A stretch of 32,000 bases of DNA from an uncultured Lentisphaeria bacterium (GCA_951812855.1 OX638337.1:1410001-1442000); one strand, 5' to 3'. Positions 1 to 10,184 are shown, counted from the stretch's first letter. Program-made: numbers and translations. Notes: a model not told the origin generated them from the letters alone.

Positions 1-1095
1 AAGGTTATGATGGACTGCATATTCGGGCACGAAAATTTTCTCAACGAGATTGTTTGGAATTATGGGAAATACACTAACGCTGCAAATCATTTTCAAAGAA
101 ACCATGACATATTATTGCTTTATTGCAAAAAGAAGAATTCTCATTGCTTCAATAAACAGTTCACGGAAGGAGCGGAAAGTACCAAAATTGATTACTTGAG
201 AGGATATCGAAGGCATAGGCCGAAAGGAATTCCTCAGTTATTGGTCTACGATAAAGAAAAGGCCGTTGATGCAGTGAGAAAAGCCGAGCTTGATGGTTGC
301 AAAATTGTGTATAGAGAGGGAAAAACCAAAGTTGCTCTTTCAGATGTTTGGCAACTTCCAATAATCGGTTCAACTTCAAAAGAACGTCTTGGCTACGCCA
401 CCCAAAAACCTTTAGCATTAATTGAGCGTATAATTCAAGCCAGTAGTGACGAAGGCGATGTGGTCTTTGACCCTTTCTGTGGCTGTGCAACAACTATTGA
501 AGCTGCACACAAACTGAATCGGCGGTGGATTGGGATCGACATTGCCATTCATGCAATTAAACGCGTGGCGAAGATTCGACTTGAAGATCGGCTTGGCCTG
601 AAAGAGGGGATCGATTTTATTATTGAGGGCGTTCCACATACACTGGAAGGTGCCCGCGATTTATGGAAGCGGGACAAATACCATTTTCAGAAATGGGCTG
701 TCGAACAGATAGACGGATTTGTTACGTCACGCAAAACGGGGGATGGCGGAATTGACGGAAGGTTATATTTCGACCGTGGCGGGAATAATCTTGAAAGTAT
801 GATACTCGAAGTCAAAGGCGGCCAAAATATTAACATTAGCGTTATTCGCGATATCCGCGGGGCGATGGAACGCGAAGGGGTGCCTATGGCGGGTCTGATT
901 GTAATGGACGCGTTAAGCGACAGAAAAGCCGCAAATTTTCAAATGGAAATGGCTGCGGCGGGGGACCTTGACCATCGGGGTGTTCCATATCCCAGAATGC
1001 AAATGTTAACTGTGCCGGACATCTTAGAGGGGAAGCGATTTAGCACTCCCTCGATTGCGCGAGGGCGGGGAGAAGCGCAGCCCAACCTGCTGTGA
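1..1095 (+). CDS. DNA methyltransferase (N6/N4 beta-class, PF01555-like) fused to a C-terminal Mrr-like PD-(D/E)xK endonuclease domain; 5' end lies outside the window
   Basis: The frame is open from nt 1. 'ENFLNEIVW', 'TQKPLALIERII' and AdoMet motif I 'VVFDPFCGCATT' are typical of N6_N4 MTases. The DPPY motif expected upstream is not in the window. The C-terminal 'GDGGIDGRLYF...MILEVKGG' matches the Mrr-type D...ExK core. Confidence 0.8.
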   Translation, partial: KVMMDCIFGHENFLNEIVWNYGKYTNAANHFQRNHDILLLYCKKKNSHCFNKQFTEGAESTKIDYLRGYRRHRPKGIPQLLVYDKEKAVDAVRKAELDGCKIVYREGKTKVALSDVWQLPIIGSTSKERLGYATQKPLALIERIIQASSDEGDVVFDPFCGCATTIEAAHKLNRRWIGIDIAIHAIKRVAKIRLEDRLGLKEGIDFIIEGVPHTLEGARDLWKRDKYHFQKWAVEQIDGFVTSRKTGDGGIDGRLYFDRGGNNLESMILEVKGGQNINISVIRDIRGAMEREGVPMAGLIVMDALSDRKAANFQMEMAAAGDLDHRGVPYPRMQMLTVPDILEGKRFSTPSIARGRGEAQPNLL

Positions 1096-1170
1096 AGTCA
1101 AGCCCCTATCTACTAACTGCGAAAGATTATCAACCGAGCAAGGTCGAACTTGAAGAAAAATTCGACATAA

Positions 1171-1575
1171 TTCCCGCCACAACCTACCCTTGTATATACC
1201 GATATATCCGTGCCGGTCGCCCGCCTGTTGATGACTCCCGCACCTCCACAAGCTGCTGAAGAGCTGATTGATTTCTCACGTAATAATCAGGGGCCGATAT
1301 TTATGGAAGCAATATCTTACCGTTGGCGTGGTCATGTTGGTTATCGAGAGGATATAGATGTGGGTGTAAAAAGGGGAAAGGAATTATGGAAATGGCGCGA
1401 TCGAGATCCTGTCGGCCGCTTAAAAGATGCGATGCTTAGTTTTGGTATGATTACGGATGCGGATTTTAATTTAATAAATAGAGAGTTGGATATCTTAGTA
1501 TAAAAGGCTTGGAAAACTGCAGATAAAGCGCCTTATCCCTGTAAGGATCAACTTTTTAATTTTGTTTACGCGTAA
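1171..1575 (+). pseudogene. C-terminal remnant of a TPP-dependent 2-oxoacid dehydrogenase E1 alpha subunit, 5'-truncated and carrying an in-frame TAA at 1501-1503
   Basis: 'GPIFMEAISYRWRGH...WRDRDPV' matches the E1-alpha C-terminal region. Reading past the stop gives 'KAWKTADKAPYPCKDQLFNFVYA*', the usual E1-alpha C-terminal tail, in the same frame. About two thirds of the N-terminal part of the gene is absent. Confidence 0.7.
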
Positions 1576-1702
1576 TGCTGAACAAAACTATTAAATTCGA
1601 TATTTCGTTTTAAATTAACATTAGATTGAGTTGAATCATTCGAATATACTTCTAAATTTCGTTGATGATTACAAAATAAACATTTTCAAAGGTGATAGAG
1701 TA

Positions 1703-2164
1703 ATGGCTAAGACTTCATACGGCATAGTGATACGTCAGGCATTTCATTATTTACTGACAAATTATAAAGAAGTATTTACGATTGGACAGGCCTTGCATTC
1801 ATGGTATGTGCATATACCTGGCTATGCATGCCGGGACGCGGTAAAGACACTGACAGAAAATAAGATTGAATGTGAAGTTATTGATTTACGCGTACTCAAT
1901 CCTCTTGATACCTTTATTATAGCTGAGTCTGTAAAAAAAACGGGTCGATTATGCGTGGTTGATGGAGGATGGAAAATATGTGGGTTAGCCGGAGAAGTTA
2001 TTTCTTCAGTAGTGGAAAGATTAAATCCAAATGAATTAAAGACATCACCTGTACGCATTACTTTACCGGATACACCGGCTCCGACAAGCCAGCCATTAGA
2101 AAAAATGTATTATCCTGACACTGAAGAAATTATCACTTCCTTAAGAACGATTATTACAGGCTGA
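1703..2164 (+). pseudogene. Internally deleted E1 beta subunit (transketolase C-terminal domain retained, pyrimidine-binding domain lost)
   Basis: 'MAKTSYGIVIRQAF...' resembles an E1-beta N-terminus. 'HSWYVHIPGY' resembles the HSQ..PG motif. 'ECEVIDLRVLNPLDTFIIAESVKKTGRLCVV...ITLPDTPAP' is the E1-beta C-terminal domain. The product is only about 153 aa against roughly 325 aa expected. Confidence 0.6.
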
Positions 2165-2177
2165 CTATCAACGAATT

Positions 2178-2921
2178 ATGAAAAGACTATTTGATTTTAT
2201 CGTTTCATTGATTGGTTTATTATGCTCCAGCCCATTGTTAGTTCCCGCAGCTATTCTTGTATGGCTACATGATTTCCACAGCCCTTTTTATATCGCTCCA
2301 AGACTTGGAAAAAATAAGCGAATATTCAGGATGGTAAAATTACGGTCAATGGTCGTTAATGCTGATAAAAGCGGTGTGCATTTGACCTCAAATCGTGATA
2401 GCAGGCTTACGCCTGTAGGGAGCTTCATCCGAGAGTTTAAACTCGATGAACTGCCACAGCTTTGGAATGTACTGATTGGAGACATGAGTTTCGTAGGACC
2501 ACGGCCAAATTTAGAGAAAACAACAGACCTGTATACAAATGTTGAGGAAAAATTGTTAACGGTTATACCAGGAATAACAGATTTTTCATCGATTGTATTT
2601 TTTGATGAAGGAGAGATTCTTAGCGATAGTGCTGATCCTGTTTTAAAGCATAACCAGCTTGTACGCCCTTGGAAAAGTCGGTTAGGACTCTTTTACATAG
2701 AACATCAAACATTCATTTTGGATATAAAATTAATCTTAATTACAATAATGGCAATTTTTTCACAACAAGCAGCACTAAAAAGAGTTCACGGAATTTTAGA
2801 GAAGTTAGGTGCCGATGAACAGCTTTTAAACGTTGTTTTACGTAAGAATCCACTTTCCCCTTATCCACCTCCCGGCACAGATAGAGTAGTTGAGAGCTGC
2901 AAACCGGTAATTAAGCCATGA
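2178..2921 (+). CDS. Bacterial sugar transferase (polyprenyl-phosphate hexose-1-phosphate transferase, PglC/WbaP small-type, PF02397)
   Basis: N-terminal re-entrant helix, 'KLRSM', 'LDELPQLWNVLIGDMSFVGPRPN' and 'PGITDFSS' are signature motifs of the family. Confidence 0.9.
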   Translation: MKRLFDFIVSLIGLLCSSPLLVPAAILVWLHDFHSPFYIAPRLGKNKRIFRMVKLRSMVVNADKSGVHLTSNRDSRLTPVGSFIREFKLDELPQLWNVLIGDMSFVGPRPNLEKTTDLYTNVEEKLLTVIPGITDFSSIVFFDEGEILSDSADPVLKHNQLVRPWKSRLGLFYIEHQTFILDIKLILITIMAIFSQQAALKRVHGILEKLGADEQLLNVVLRKNPLSPYPPPGTDRVVESCKPVIKP

Positions 2922-2932
2922 GTTGAAAAACC

Positions 2933-3280
2933 TTGCTTTATATAATATTGCGGCGGTTGTTGAGCTGGTTCCGTCTACAGCCAATGCTTGATGATAATAA
3001 GAATTGGTTAAGACCGATTGTAACAGGGGTCAGAAAATTACCTCAGTCCTATGCTGATGGTGCGAACATTTTTTCATATCCCTGTGAAGTCTCAGATGGC
3101 AGCGTCGTTATCAACAATTCTAAAACCTCTATTCCGGCACATCAAGTCGGGGTGTTTGCTGTTGCTTTAGCGGTAATATCCAATCCCAAAACGATTTACA
3201 CAGTCGGTTTCGACGGTATAATTCCGTCACCATTCCAGGTGCCACCTGAAACAATAGTTTGTCTATTGCAGACCTGCTAA
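2933..3280 (+). CDS. Hypothetical protein, possibly a gene fragment (weak resemblance to the C-terminal part of the MptE/DUF115-like core)
   Basis: ORF with a non-ATG start. 'VGVFAVALAVISNPKTIYTVGFDG' only loosely resembles the '...Al.lA..lG...I.lvG.D' segment of DUF115 proteins. Confidence 0.3.
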   Translation: MLYIILRRLLSWFRLQPMLDDNKNWLRPIVTGVRKLPQSYADGANIFSYPCEVSDGSVVINNSKTSIPAHQVGVFAVALAVISNPKTIYTVGFDGIIPSPFQVPPETIVCLLQTC

Positions 3281-3803
3281 AGGCTGATTGAATCCGAATC
3301 GGATTCATCCAGGTTACTTAAAATTCGTAACGCGGCGTTATTGTAATGACTCTCCTTCCTGAATATCTGTATTGATCCATTTTAATTCGAGAATATCCGC
3401 CCGTTTGTTAAAGTGTGATTGATCAGCTTCTGCCATTGCAATCACTATCCAGATAGTTTAGAAAGGCAGGATTACATGTAAAACTATCTGTGATTTTGCC
3501 ATATCTAAAATCCTGATAGAAGAACCTGAACGTTTTTCACTTGGGTGAAATACAGTCAGTCACCTGACATCGTCAGCCTGAGGGGGTCAGTTCTATTTTT
3601 TAAAATTATCTCCTCTGAGGCTTGAAATAATTTACGTATTATGTCGGTTGTCAAAAGTCGTACGGTCATCTTGGCCGTGGCTTTTATTATTGCACGGGCA
3701 GGATGCCCATGCCACTTACTGCCGGATTAAAGTCTTGTATTGTAATAATCGACTCATCAGTCTGAATCGACAGTTGCTCCATTGAAAATCGGAAATCGTT
3801 CAT

Positions 3804-5873
3804 TTATTTCGGAGATGTCGGTGGTGGTTCAGGCGATATATCCGCGTTGTTGTTTTCTGGCTCAGGTTTGGTGTTACTGCCGCGTTTGACCTGGAGATAT
3901 TTAATGATTGGTTTTGGTGAAATTTTATAGCCTCTTGCTGAGGCACCGCGAATGGATACGTCATTAAAGTCTATATCTTTATGCTGAACTTTTTGACCTT
4001 TGGACGGGGCAAATTCACATCGAATTACAATTCCGTATCGGCCATATATTTTATCTATTTTGCAGCCGGGCGGGGTTGTTCTATAATCGCGGTCCATGAT
4101 ATATTTGTTGATCTTAAATCGCTTCATGTAAGAAATGTGCGATTTCTTTTCTCTATAAATCATGGAGTATACCTGATCTCTATCTGACTTCATGACAGAT
4201 GCAACAGAACCGATATAGAGTTTGTCCGGTATCTGAATAACTTTATAAACTCCAGTCCAGCCCAAAATGACAAGTCGATCATACTCGGTGCATGAAATGG
4301 GTTCGCTTGTTTTGACGGCTTTTCCGACATATCCGGTTGATTTATCCCACCCGACTTTAATGTTGCTGAGAGCAATAGCACGAATATTAATTGTTTCTAT
4401 ATCCTCGATTTTAGTATGTCGTGGATGGGCTTTGCCATAGCGTTTGCTCAAATCTTTCAAATAATTGATTGTATAGTTTTTAATATTCGCAAGATTTTCT
4501 TTAATGTCATCTATTTTTGCGAGTATGTCGTCCAGATCCTTTTTATTTTTATCGATATCAAATTGTGAGATTCTTCGAATAGGAATCTGCAATAATGTTT
4601 CGATATCTTTTTCGGTAATGTCCCGTTTTAATTGTTTGATGAATGATTTCAGACCTGATTTAACCTCTTGCAGTACCTTTTCGTAAGTGTTACAATCTTC
4701 AATGCGTTGGTAAATTCTATTTTCAATAAAAATCTGAGCCAGTGTTTTAGCATGGAACAGGTCTTCAAGTTTTCCGAGTTCTATTTCCAGTTCATTGCGA
4801 AGATCTTCTACAAGTTTGTGGGTATTATATTCTAACACTTCATTAACATTCATTATCCAGGGACAATTGTTTCGAATCACCAGGCAATTCGTTGAAATTC
4901 CGGTTTCACAATCCGTGTAGGCATAAAGTGCTTTCATGGTCTGGTCTGCATATACTCCACGGGGCAGGGTAATTTCAATTTCAATATTTTCAGCAGTATA
5001 ATCATTCATGGCAGCCACTTTTATCTTTCCTTTATTGACTGCATCCTCGATTGAATCCATCAGAGACTCGGTTGTCGTGGTTGCCGGTATTTCCCGAATT
5101 ATGAGGGTTTTTTGATCGGTAATTTCAAATTTTGCCCGCAATCGAATTTTACCGTTACCTTTGTGATAGTCGCTGACATCCATGATGCCGCCTTGAATAA
5201 AGTCCGGATAAATTTCAAATGGTTTATTCCGAAGAATTTTAATCTGGGCTTTTAGTAATTCGTTGAAATTATGAGACAGAACTTTGGTTGCCATTCCGAC
5301 AGCGATTCCCTCGGTGCCCTGCATGAGCAATACCGGAACTTTCGCAGGCAGTGATATCGGCTCTTTATTGCGGCCGTCGTAGGAATCAATAAACTCCGTG
5401 ATTTCTTTATTAAATAAAACTTCCCGTGCCAACGGCGATAATCTGCATTCGATGTAACGTGCAGCAGAGGCACCGTCTCCCGTGAAAATATTGCCGAAAT
5501 TACCCTGCCGATCAATGAAATAGTCTTTATTTGCCAAATTCACCAATGCATTGCCGATAGATGCATCTCCGTGCGGATGGTACTTCATCGTATTCCCCAC
5601 AACGTTGGCGACTTTATGGAATTTACCATCATCCATTTCCCATAGGGAATGTAAAATTCGACGTTGAACCGGTTTTAGACCGTCGTTAATATCAGGAATG
5701 GCCCTGTCTTTGATGACATAGGAAGCATATTCCATGAAATATGATGACATCATTTTTCTAAGTGCACTGGGTTCATCGGTTTGAATAACCTCTTGTTCAG
5801 ATTCTTTGGGATCACTGGCAGAATCGTCTGCGTATGCGAATGATTCAGGTTGATTGTGTTTGTCGTTACTCAT
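3804..5873 (-). CDS. parC: Type IIA topoisomerase subunit A, topoisomerase IV ParC-like
   Basis: 'HPHGD', the catalytic-Tyr context 'SAARYIECRL' and a short C-terminal domain with no GyrA box (QRRGGKG) seen. The start overlaps the upstream subunit B stop as ATGA. Confidence 0.8.
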   Translation of the reverse strand: MSNDKHNQPESFAYADDSASDPKESEQEVIQTDEPSALRKMMSSYFMEYASYVIKDRAIPDINDGLKPVQRRILHSLWEMDDGKFHKVANVVGNTMKYHPHGDASIGNALVNLANKDYFIDRQGNFGNIFTGDGASAARYIECRLSPLAREVLFNKEITEFIDSYDGRNKEPISLPAKVPVLLMQGTEGIAVGMATKVLSHNFNELLKAQIKILRNKPFEIYPDFIQGGIMDVSDYHKGNGKIRLRAKFEITDQKTLIIREIPATTTTESLMDSIEDAVNKGKIKVAAMNDYTAENIEIEITLPRGVYADQTMKALYAYTDCETGISTNCLVIRNNCPWIMNVNEVLEYNTHKLVEDLRNELEIELGKLEDLFHAKTLAQIFIENRIYQRIEDCNTYEKVLQEVKSGLKSFIKQLKRDITEKDIETLLQIPIRRISQFDIDKNKKDLDDILAKIDDIKENLANIKNYTINYLKDLSKRYGKAHPRHTKIEDIETINIRAIALSNIKVGWDKSTGYVGKAVKTSEPISCTEYDRLVILGWTGVYKVIQIPDKLYIGSVASVMKSDRDQVYSMIYREKKSHISYMKRFKINKYIMDRDYRTTPPGCKIDKIYGRYGIVIRCEFAPSKGQKVQHKDIDFNDVSIRGASARGYKISPKPIIKYLQVKRGSNTKPEPENNNADISPEPPPTSPK

Positions 5874-7669
5874 AACAGATTGTTAATGATGTATTCTCGT
5901 CGCTTTGGTGTATTTTGTCCCATAAAGAAACTTAGGATTTCCGGGACTTCATGAATTTTATCTACAGATACGTTGATCAGTCTGATATCGTCGCCAATAA
6001 ACTGACCAAATTCGTTTGGAGAAATTTCTCCTAATCCCTTAAAGCGTGTTATTTCAGGTGCCCCTCCAAGCTCTTCGATTGCCCGAAGACGTTCCTGATC
6101 ATCAAAGCAGTATATTGTTTTTTTCTTATTTCGAACACGGAACAATGGTGTTTCGAGGATAAATAGGTGTTCGGACAAGATAAGCTGTTCAAAATAATAG
6201 AGAAAGAATGTTAATAGAAGGTTGCGGATGTGCATCCCGTCATCATCAGCATCGGTAGCGATAATAACTTTTTCATATCTCAAACCTTCCAGTCCGTCTT
6301 CAATATTTAATGCCTTCATGACGCAGTAGAATTCGTCATTGCTAATAATAAGATCCCTCTTCTTGCCATAGCAATTGAGAGGTTTTCCTTTAAGAGCGAA
6401 TATTGCCTGCTTATACACATCGCGACAACTGACCATCGATCCGGCCGCGGACTCTCCCTCAGTTAAAAAAATCATGGTCTCAGCACCTTTTTCTGAATCA
6501 GAATTAAGATGATATTTGCAATCTTTGAGCTTTGGTATTTTCAGGGATAGTCTTTTTGCTTTTTCTCTGCTGGCTTTTTTTACCGCTTGAATCTCTTTTC
6601 GAACCTTTTCATTTTGTGCGATTTTTTCGATGATTAAATCAGCAACATCTGTATTCTTAAATAGATATTTTGTGATTATATCTCTTATTGTCGTGACCAG
6701 TTCCCCTCGAATTTCGCTGTTTCCAAGCTTATTTTTAGTTTGCGATTCAAAAATAGGGTCTTTCAGTTTAACTGATATCGCCCCGATAATTCCATTACGC
6801 ACATCGTCACCATCAAAACTCTTCCGGGCATATTCATTGACTCCTTTGAGTATACCCTCCCGAAATGCAGACTGATGAGTACCGCCATCATTCGTATACT
6901 GACCGTTGACAAAGGAATAGTACGTTTCTCCGAAATTGGCGGTATGGCAAAATGCAAATTCCAACATTTTATCTTTGTAGTGAATAATGTTGTATATTTT
7001 CTCGTCTTCGACCTTTTCCAGGATTAAATCGTGAAGTCCGTTTCTCGAATAGATTCGTTCTCTATTCAGATATAGGGAGAGTCCACTGTTGAGATAAGCA
7101 TAGTTCCACAGTTGCCGTCGGATCAATGCGATATTGAATTTGTATTTCTTAAATAGTTCTGCTGACGGTGTAAACGTAATCACAGTCCCGTCGGCTTCTT
7201 CGGTTTTCCCATCGGCTTCATTTGTTAAGCTGCCATCTGCAAATTCTGCACATTTGTACTTGCCCTTCCGAATTGCCTTAACCTGGAAGTTTTCAGAAAG
7301 GGCATTAACCGCCTTTGTACCCACCCCATTGAGTCCTACGGAAAACTGAAATACATCGGTATTGAACTTGGCACCGGTATTAATCTGAGAAACACAATCA
7401 ATGACTTTTCCCAGAGGAATCCCTCGCCCGTAATCTCGAATTGAGGCAACCTCTTCCTCAATATTGACTTCGATTTTTCTGCCGTATCCCATGATGAATT
7501 CGTCGATACCATTGTCGATCACTTCTTTTAGGAGGATATAAATACCGTCTTCGCTGTGCGAGCCGTTGCCCATACGGCCGACATACATGCCTGGACGCAG
7601 GCGAATATGTTCTAATGAGCTAAGTGTTTTTACCTTACTCTCATCGTAATTATGGGTATTGTCAGACAT
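5870..7669 (-). CDS. parE: Type IIA topoisomerase subunit B, topoisomerase IV ParE-like
   Basis: GHKL ATPase motifs 'LEHIRLRPGMYVG' and 'GLNGVGTKAVNALS'; Toprim 'LTEGESAAGS' and 'ATDADDDGMHI'. The 599-aa length fits ParE rather than GyrB. Confidence 0.8.
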   Translation of the reverse strand: MSDNTHNYDESKVKTLSSLEHIRLRPGMYVGRMGNGSHSEDGIYILLKEVIDNGIDEFIMGYGRKIEVNIEEEVASIRDYGRGIPLGKVIDCVSQINTGAKFNTDVFQFSVGLNGVGTKAVNALSENFQVKAIRKGKYKCAEFADGSLTNEADGKTEEADGTVITFTPSAELFKKYKFNIALIRRQLWNYAYLNSGLSLYLNRERIYSRNGLHDLILEKVEDEKIYNIIHYKDKMLEFAFCHTANFGETYYSFVNGQYTNDGGTHQSAFREGILKGVNEYARKSFDGDDVRNGIIGAISVKLKDPIFESQTKNKLGNSEIRGELVTTIRDIITKYLFKNTDVADLIIEKIAQNEKVRKEIQAVKKASREKAKRLSLKIPKLKDCKYHLNSDSEKGAETMIFLTEGESAAGSMVSCRDVYKQAIFALKGKPLNCYGKKRDLIISNDEFYCVMKALNIEDGLEGLRYEKVIIATDADDDGMHIRNLLLTFFLYYFEQLILSEHLFILETPLFRVRNKKKTIYCFDDQERLRAIEELGGAPEITRFKGLGEISPNEFGQFIGDDIRLINVSVDKIHEVPEILSFFMGQNTPKRREYIINNLL

Positions 7670-7775
7670 GTGCTTTTTTTATGGATAAATATCTATCGAA
7701 GCTATTACATTCTAAATCAGGCTAAATATTCACTGTAACCTATCCCGTAAAAAGTGTGACAGGGCAAGGGGATTT

Positions 7776-8612
7776 TTAAAAAAACCGTCTCTTCCCTTTG
7801 GGCATCACTGGATTGCCTTTCATTTGACCTTTGCCAGGTCTCTGTTTAGGTGGTTTTTCGAGGTGCAAAGAGTACCACTGTTCACCTAATCCGGCATTTG
7901 AAAAAAGATGAATTTTATTATTCGCGACATTTTGCCAGTTCCGATGTATCATTTCGTCATCGATTTTTTCCTTTGCCAATGTCAAAACTTCCAGGGCTCT
8001 GTCAATATCGTTTCGTTTTATTAATATCCATGCATATAAAGAATGGACAAGAATTCCTTTTTCGTATTTGAACTTTTTAATGCCCTTTTTATAGGTTTTA
8101 TCCAGATCAGGTGAGTTATTATGATATTGTCGAACCATTTTCATGCATAATGTCAATGGTTCTAAAACAAATATTTTCGGCATGAGTTTATCAGCTTCAT
8201 CAAATCGTTTTATTTGAAAATTCAACTGCATTTTCAGGGTGTTTATTTGACGTTCAGCGAATAAACTCCACTTGAACAGCGGGCGAATGGTTTCAAGGAC
8301 TTCAAGTGCCTTTATCACACCGGCTTCAACCTTCTTTTCGACATTTTTTTCCATCATCTTCTGTGACCCCGCCGGTTTACTTTGAAATCGGTTGATCATC
8401 TTAAACGCGTCATTTTGAGATTCAGTGAGCATTCCCTGGACCTGATTGACTACGGTTGTCAGCTTTTTCCCAAAATAACGATTTAAGATTATGGCAACAG
8501 TTAAAAAGGCGGCAATACCAATGGTGATTACCCACCCTGTGCTCTCAATTTTCAAACTGGCTATGCCTGAAAATAAAATTCCACAACTAACTGCAATTAT
8601 TAGGCTTAACAT
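7776..8612 (-). CDS. Hypothetical membrane protein (two N-terminal TM helices, helical repeat region, basic C-terminal tail)
   Basis: Long ORF with the hydrophobic N-terminus 'LIIAVSCGILFSGIA...WVITIGIAAFLTVAII'. I recognise no family. Confidence 0.55.
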   Translation of the reverse strand: MLSLIIAVSCGILFSGIASLKIESTGWVITIGIAAFLTVAIILNRYFGKKLTTVVNQVQGMLTESQNDAFKMINRFQSKPAGSQKMMEKNVEKKVEAGVIKALEVLETIRPLFKWSLFAERQINTLKMQLNFQIKRFDEADKLMPKIFVLEPLTLCMKMVRQYHNNSPDLDKTYKKGIKKFKYEKGILVHSLYAWILIKRNDIDRALEVLTLAKEKIDDEMIHRNWQNVANNKIHLFSNAGLGEQWYSLHLEKPPKQRPGKGQMKGNPVMPKGKRRFF

Positions 8613-8806
8613 TTGTTATTGCTCCTGAGACAGCTGATTTTAAGATGGTTGGTTACAAAACTGCGGTGAATTTGATTGCCTATTTTTATAAAATTGGAGA
8701 AATGGGTTCTCGTTCAATGATGTTTATTTTATTTAAATATGATTCAGGTACAGAACCGTTAGTGAATAAAACGAAGTCCTTAAAGAAATACAGTTTAAGT
8801 AACGAT

Positions 8807-10147
8807 TTAATTCATGGGATCTCCAATAAGAGAATAGGGACTGGTTTTGCCTATCTTTACATGAATTGTCTTGCCCAACAGATTTCTGGGATCGTCAAAA
8901 AATACAAGTTTATTATGCATGGTGCGTCCAAACCACCGATCTTTCTTTTTATTTTCTACCAGAACTTCTAATGTTTGGCCGAGTAATGATTTGTTTTTAC
9001 GTTCTAATATTTCATACTGGGCTTCATCAATAATATTTCGTCTTTCCGTTTTTTCATCGTCAGTTACATCATCAATCATTTTTCGAGTGGCAATAGTCTT
9101 CGGCCGAGTCGAATATTTTGAGATATGTATCTTGTCAAATTCAATATCTTTTACCAGTTGATACGTATCATTAAACTGATCATGACTCTCATTAGGAAAA
9201 CCGACAATAATATCTGTATTAATTGTTGCACCGGGTATAATGGTGCGGATTCTGTCGATCAATTTACAATAATCTTCACAGGTATAACCCCGCCTCATAT
9301 TTGCTAACACATTATTATTCCCTGCCTGGACCGGAATCTCGATATGGGGACAGACTTTATCTAATTCTTCAACGGTATACAACAAGTCATCTGTCATCCA
9401 GTTTGGGTGGCTTGTTAAAAAACGAATTCGTTCAAGCCCATCGATCTCGTGGATCTTTCGTATTAACCCGGACAGACTCTCATTTTGATCCAGGTCAGCA
9501 CCGTATCGGTCTACGATTTGACCCAGCAGCATGACTTCTTTGATCCCTTGAGAAACCAGGGTATTTATCTCGGTCAAAATCTCATTGGGACGTCGGCTGC
9601 GTTCGACGCCTCTGCGATACGGAATAATACAAAATGTACATGCATGGGAACAGCCAAGAACAATTGGGACAAATGCTGTCACAGCATTTCCACGCTGATT
9701 CATTGGAAGCAGGTTTTTTGCATCTTGAATTTTATCGCGCAGCCTGCGATCGGATTTTTCCTGATTTCTCAGCTCTTGTAAAAAATGATGACGTTCAAGA
9801 TAATTGATTAGCGGTGTTGAATCTGAGGGTGGCATAAACACATCAACATAAGGGAATCGATGTTTAAGGGTCGGTGCTTCTTTCATGCCAACCATACATC
9901 CCATGAGTCCAATGGTTAAATCAGGATTTTTTTCTTTTGCCGTTTTTAATGAGCCCAATCGACCATAAATTTTATTTTCAGCCTGTTGACGGACCACACA
10001 GGTATTTAAAACGACAAGATCTGCGTTGTCAGGTTCCGGTGTAGATTTAAAACCAATTGTTTCCAGTTGAGATGCTAAGTGCCTCGAATCTGCTTCATTC
10101 ATCTGACAGCCAATCGTCCAGAGGTGATATTTTTTCGTTTTTAACAT
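8807..10147 (-). CDS. miaB: tRNA-i6A37 methylthiotransferase MiaB (radical SAM plus TRAM domain)
   Basis: UPF0004 N-terminal Cys pattern 'TIGCQMN...LNTCVVR...GCM', radical-SAM 'CSHACTFCIIPYRRG' and a C-terminal TRAM domain. Confidence 0.9.
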   Translation of the reverse strand: MLKTKKYHLWTIGCQMNEADSRHLASQLETIGFKSTPEPDNADLVVLNTCVVRQQAENKIYGRLGSLKTAKEKNPDLTIGLMGCMVGMKEAPTLKHRFPYVDVFMPPSDSTPLINYLERHHFLQELRNQEKSDRRLRDKIQDAKNLLPMNQRGNAVTAFVPIVLGCSHACTFCIIPYRRGVERSRRPNEILTEINTLVSQGIKEVMLLGQIVDRYGADLDQNESLSGLIRKIHEIDGLERIRFLTSHPNWMTDDLLYTVEELDKVCPHIEIPVQAGNNNVLANMRRGYTCEDYCKLIDRIRTIIPGATINTDIIVGFPNESHDQFNDTYQLVKDIEFDKIHISKYSTRPKTIATRKMIDDVTDDEKTERRNIIDEAQYEILERKNKSLLGQTLEVLVENKKKDRWFGRTMHNKLVFFDDPRNLLGKTIHVKIGKTSPYSLIGDPMN

Positions 10148-10184
10148 TACGCGATGTGATAAATTGGTGATTTACTTTAGGATT

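Noticed and set aside
161-639. Minus-strand ORFs 161..493 and 418..639 inside the methyltransferase gene
   Set aside because: There are no recognisable motifs. Both lie fully within a frame that has clear MTase motifs.
3289-3301. 13-nt match TTGAATCCGAATC shared with the minus strand at 12397-12409, considered as a possible dispersed repeat
   Set aside because: Matches of this length are expected by chance several times in 32 kb when both strands are compared. The flanks do not extend the match.
3290-3306. Hairpin GAATCCG-aat-CGGATTC, 10 nt after the 2933..3280 stop, considered as an intrinsic terminator
   Set aside because: No U-tract follows it, and the 7-bp stem is short. I do not call it a terminator.
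8645-8971. Plus-strand 108-aa ORF overlapping the miaB 3' end
   Set aside because: It is AT-rich and low in complexity, and it overlaps the well-supported miaB frame. It is likely spurious.
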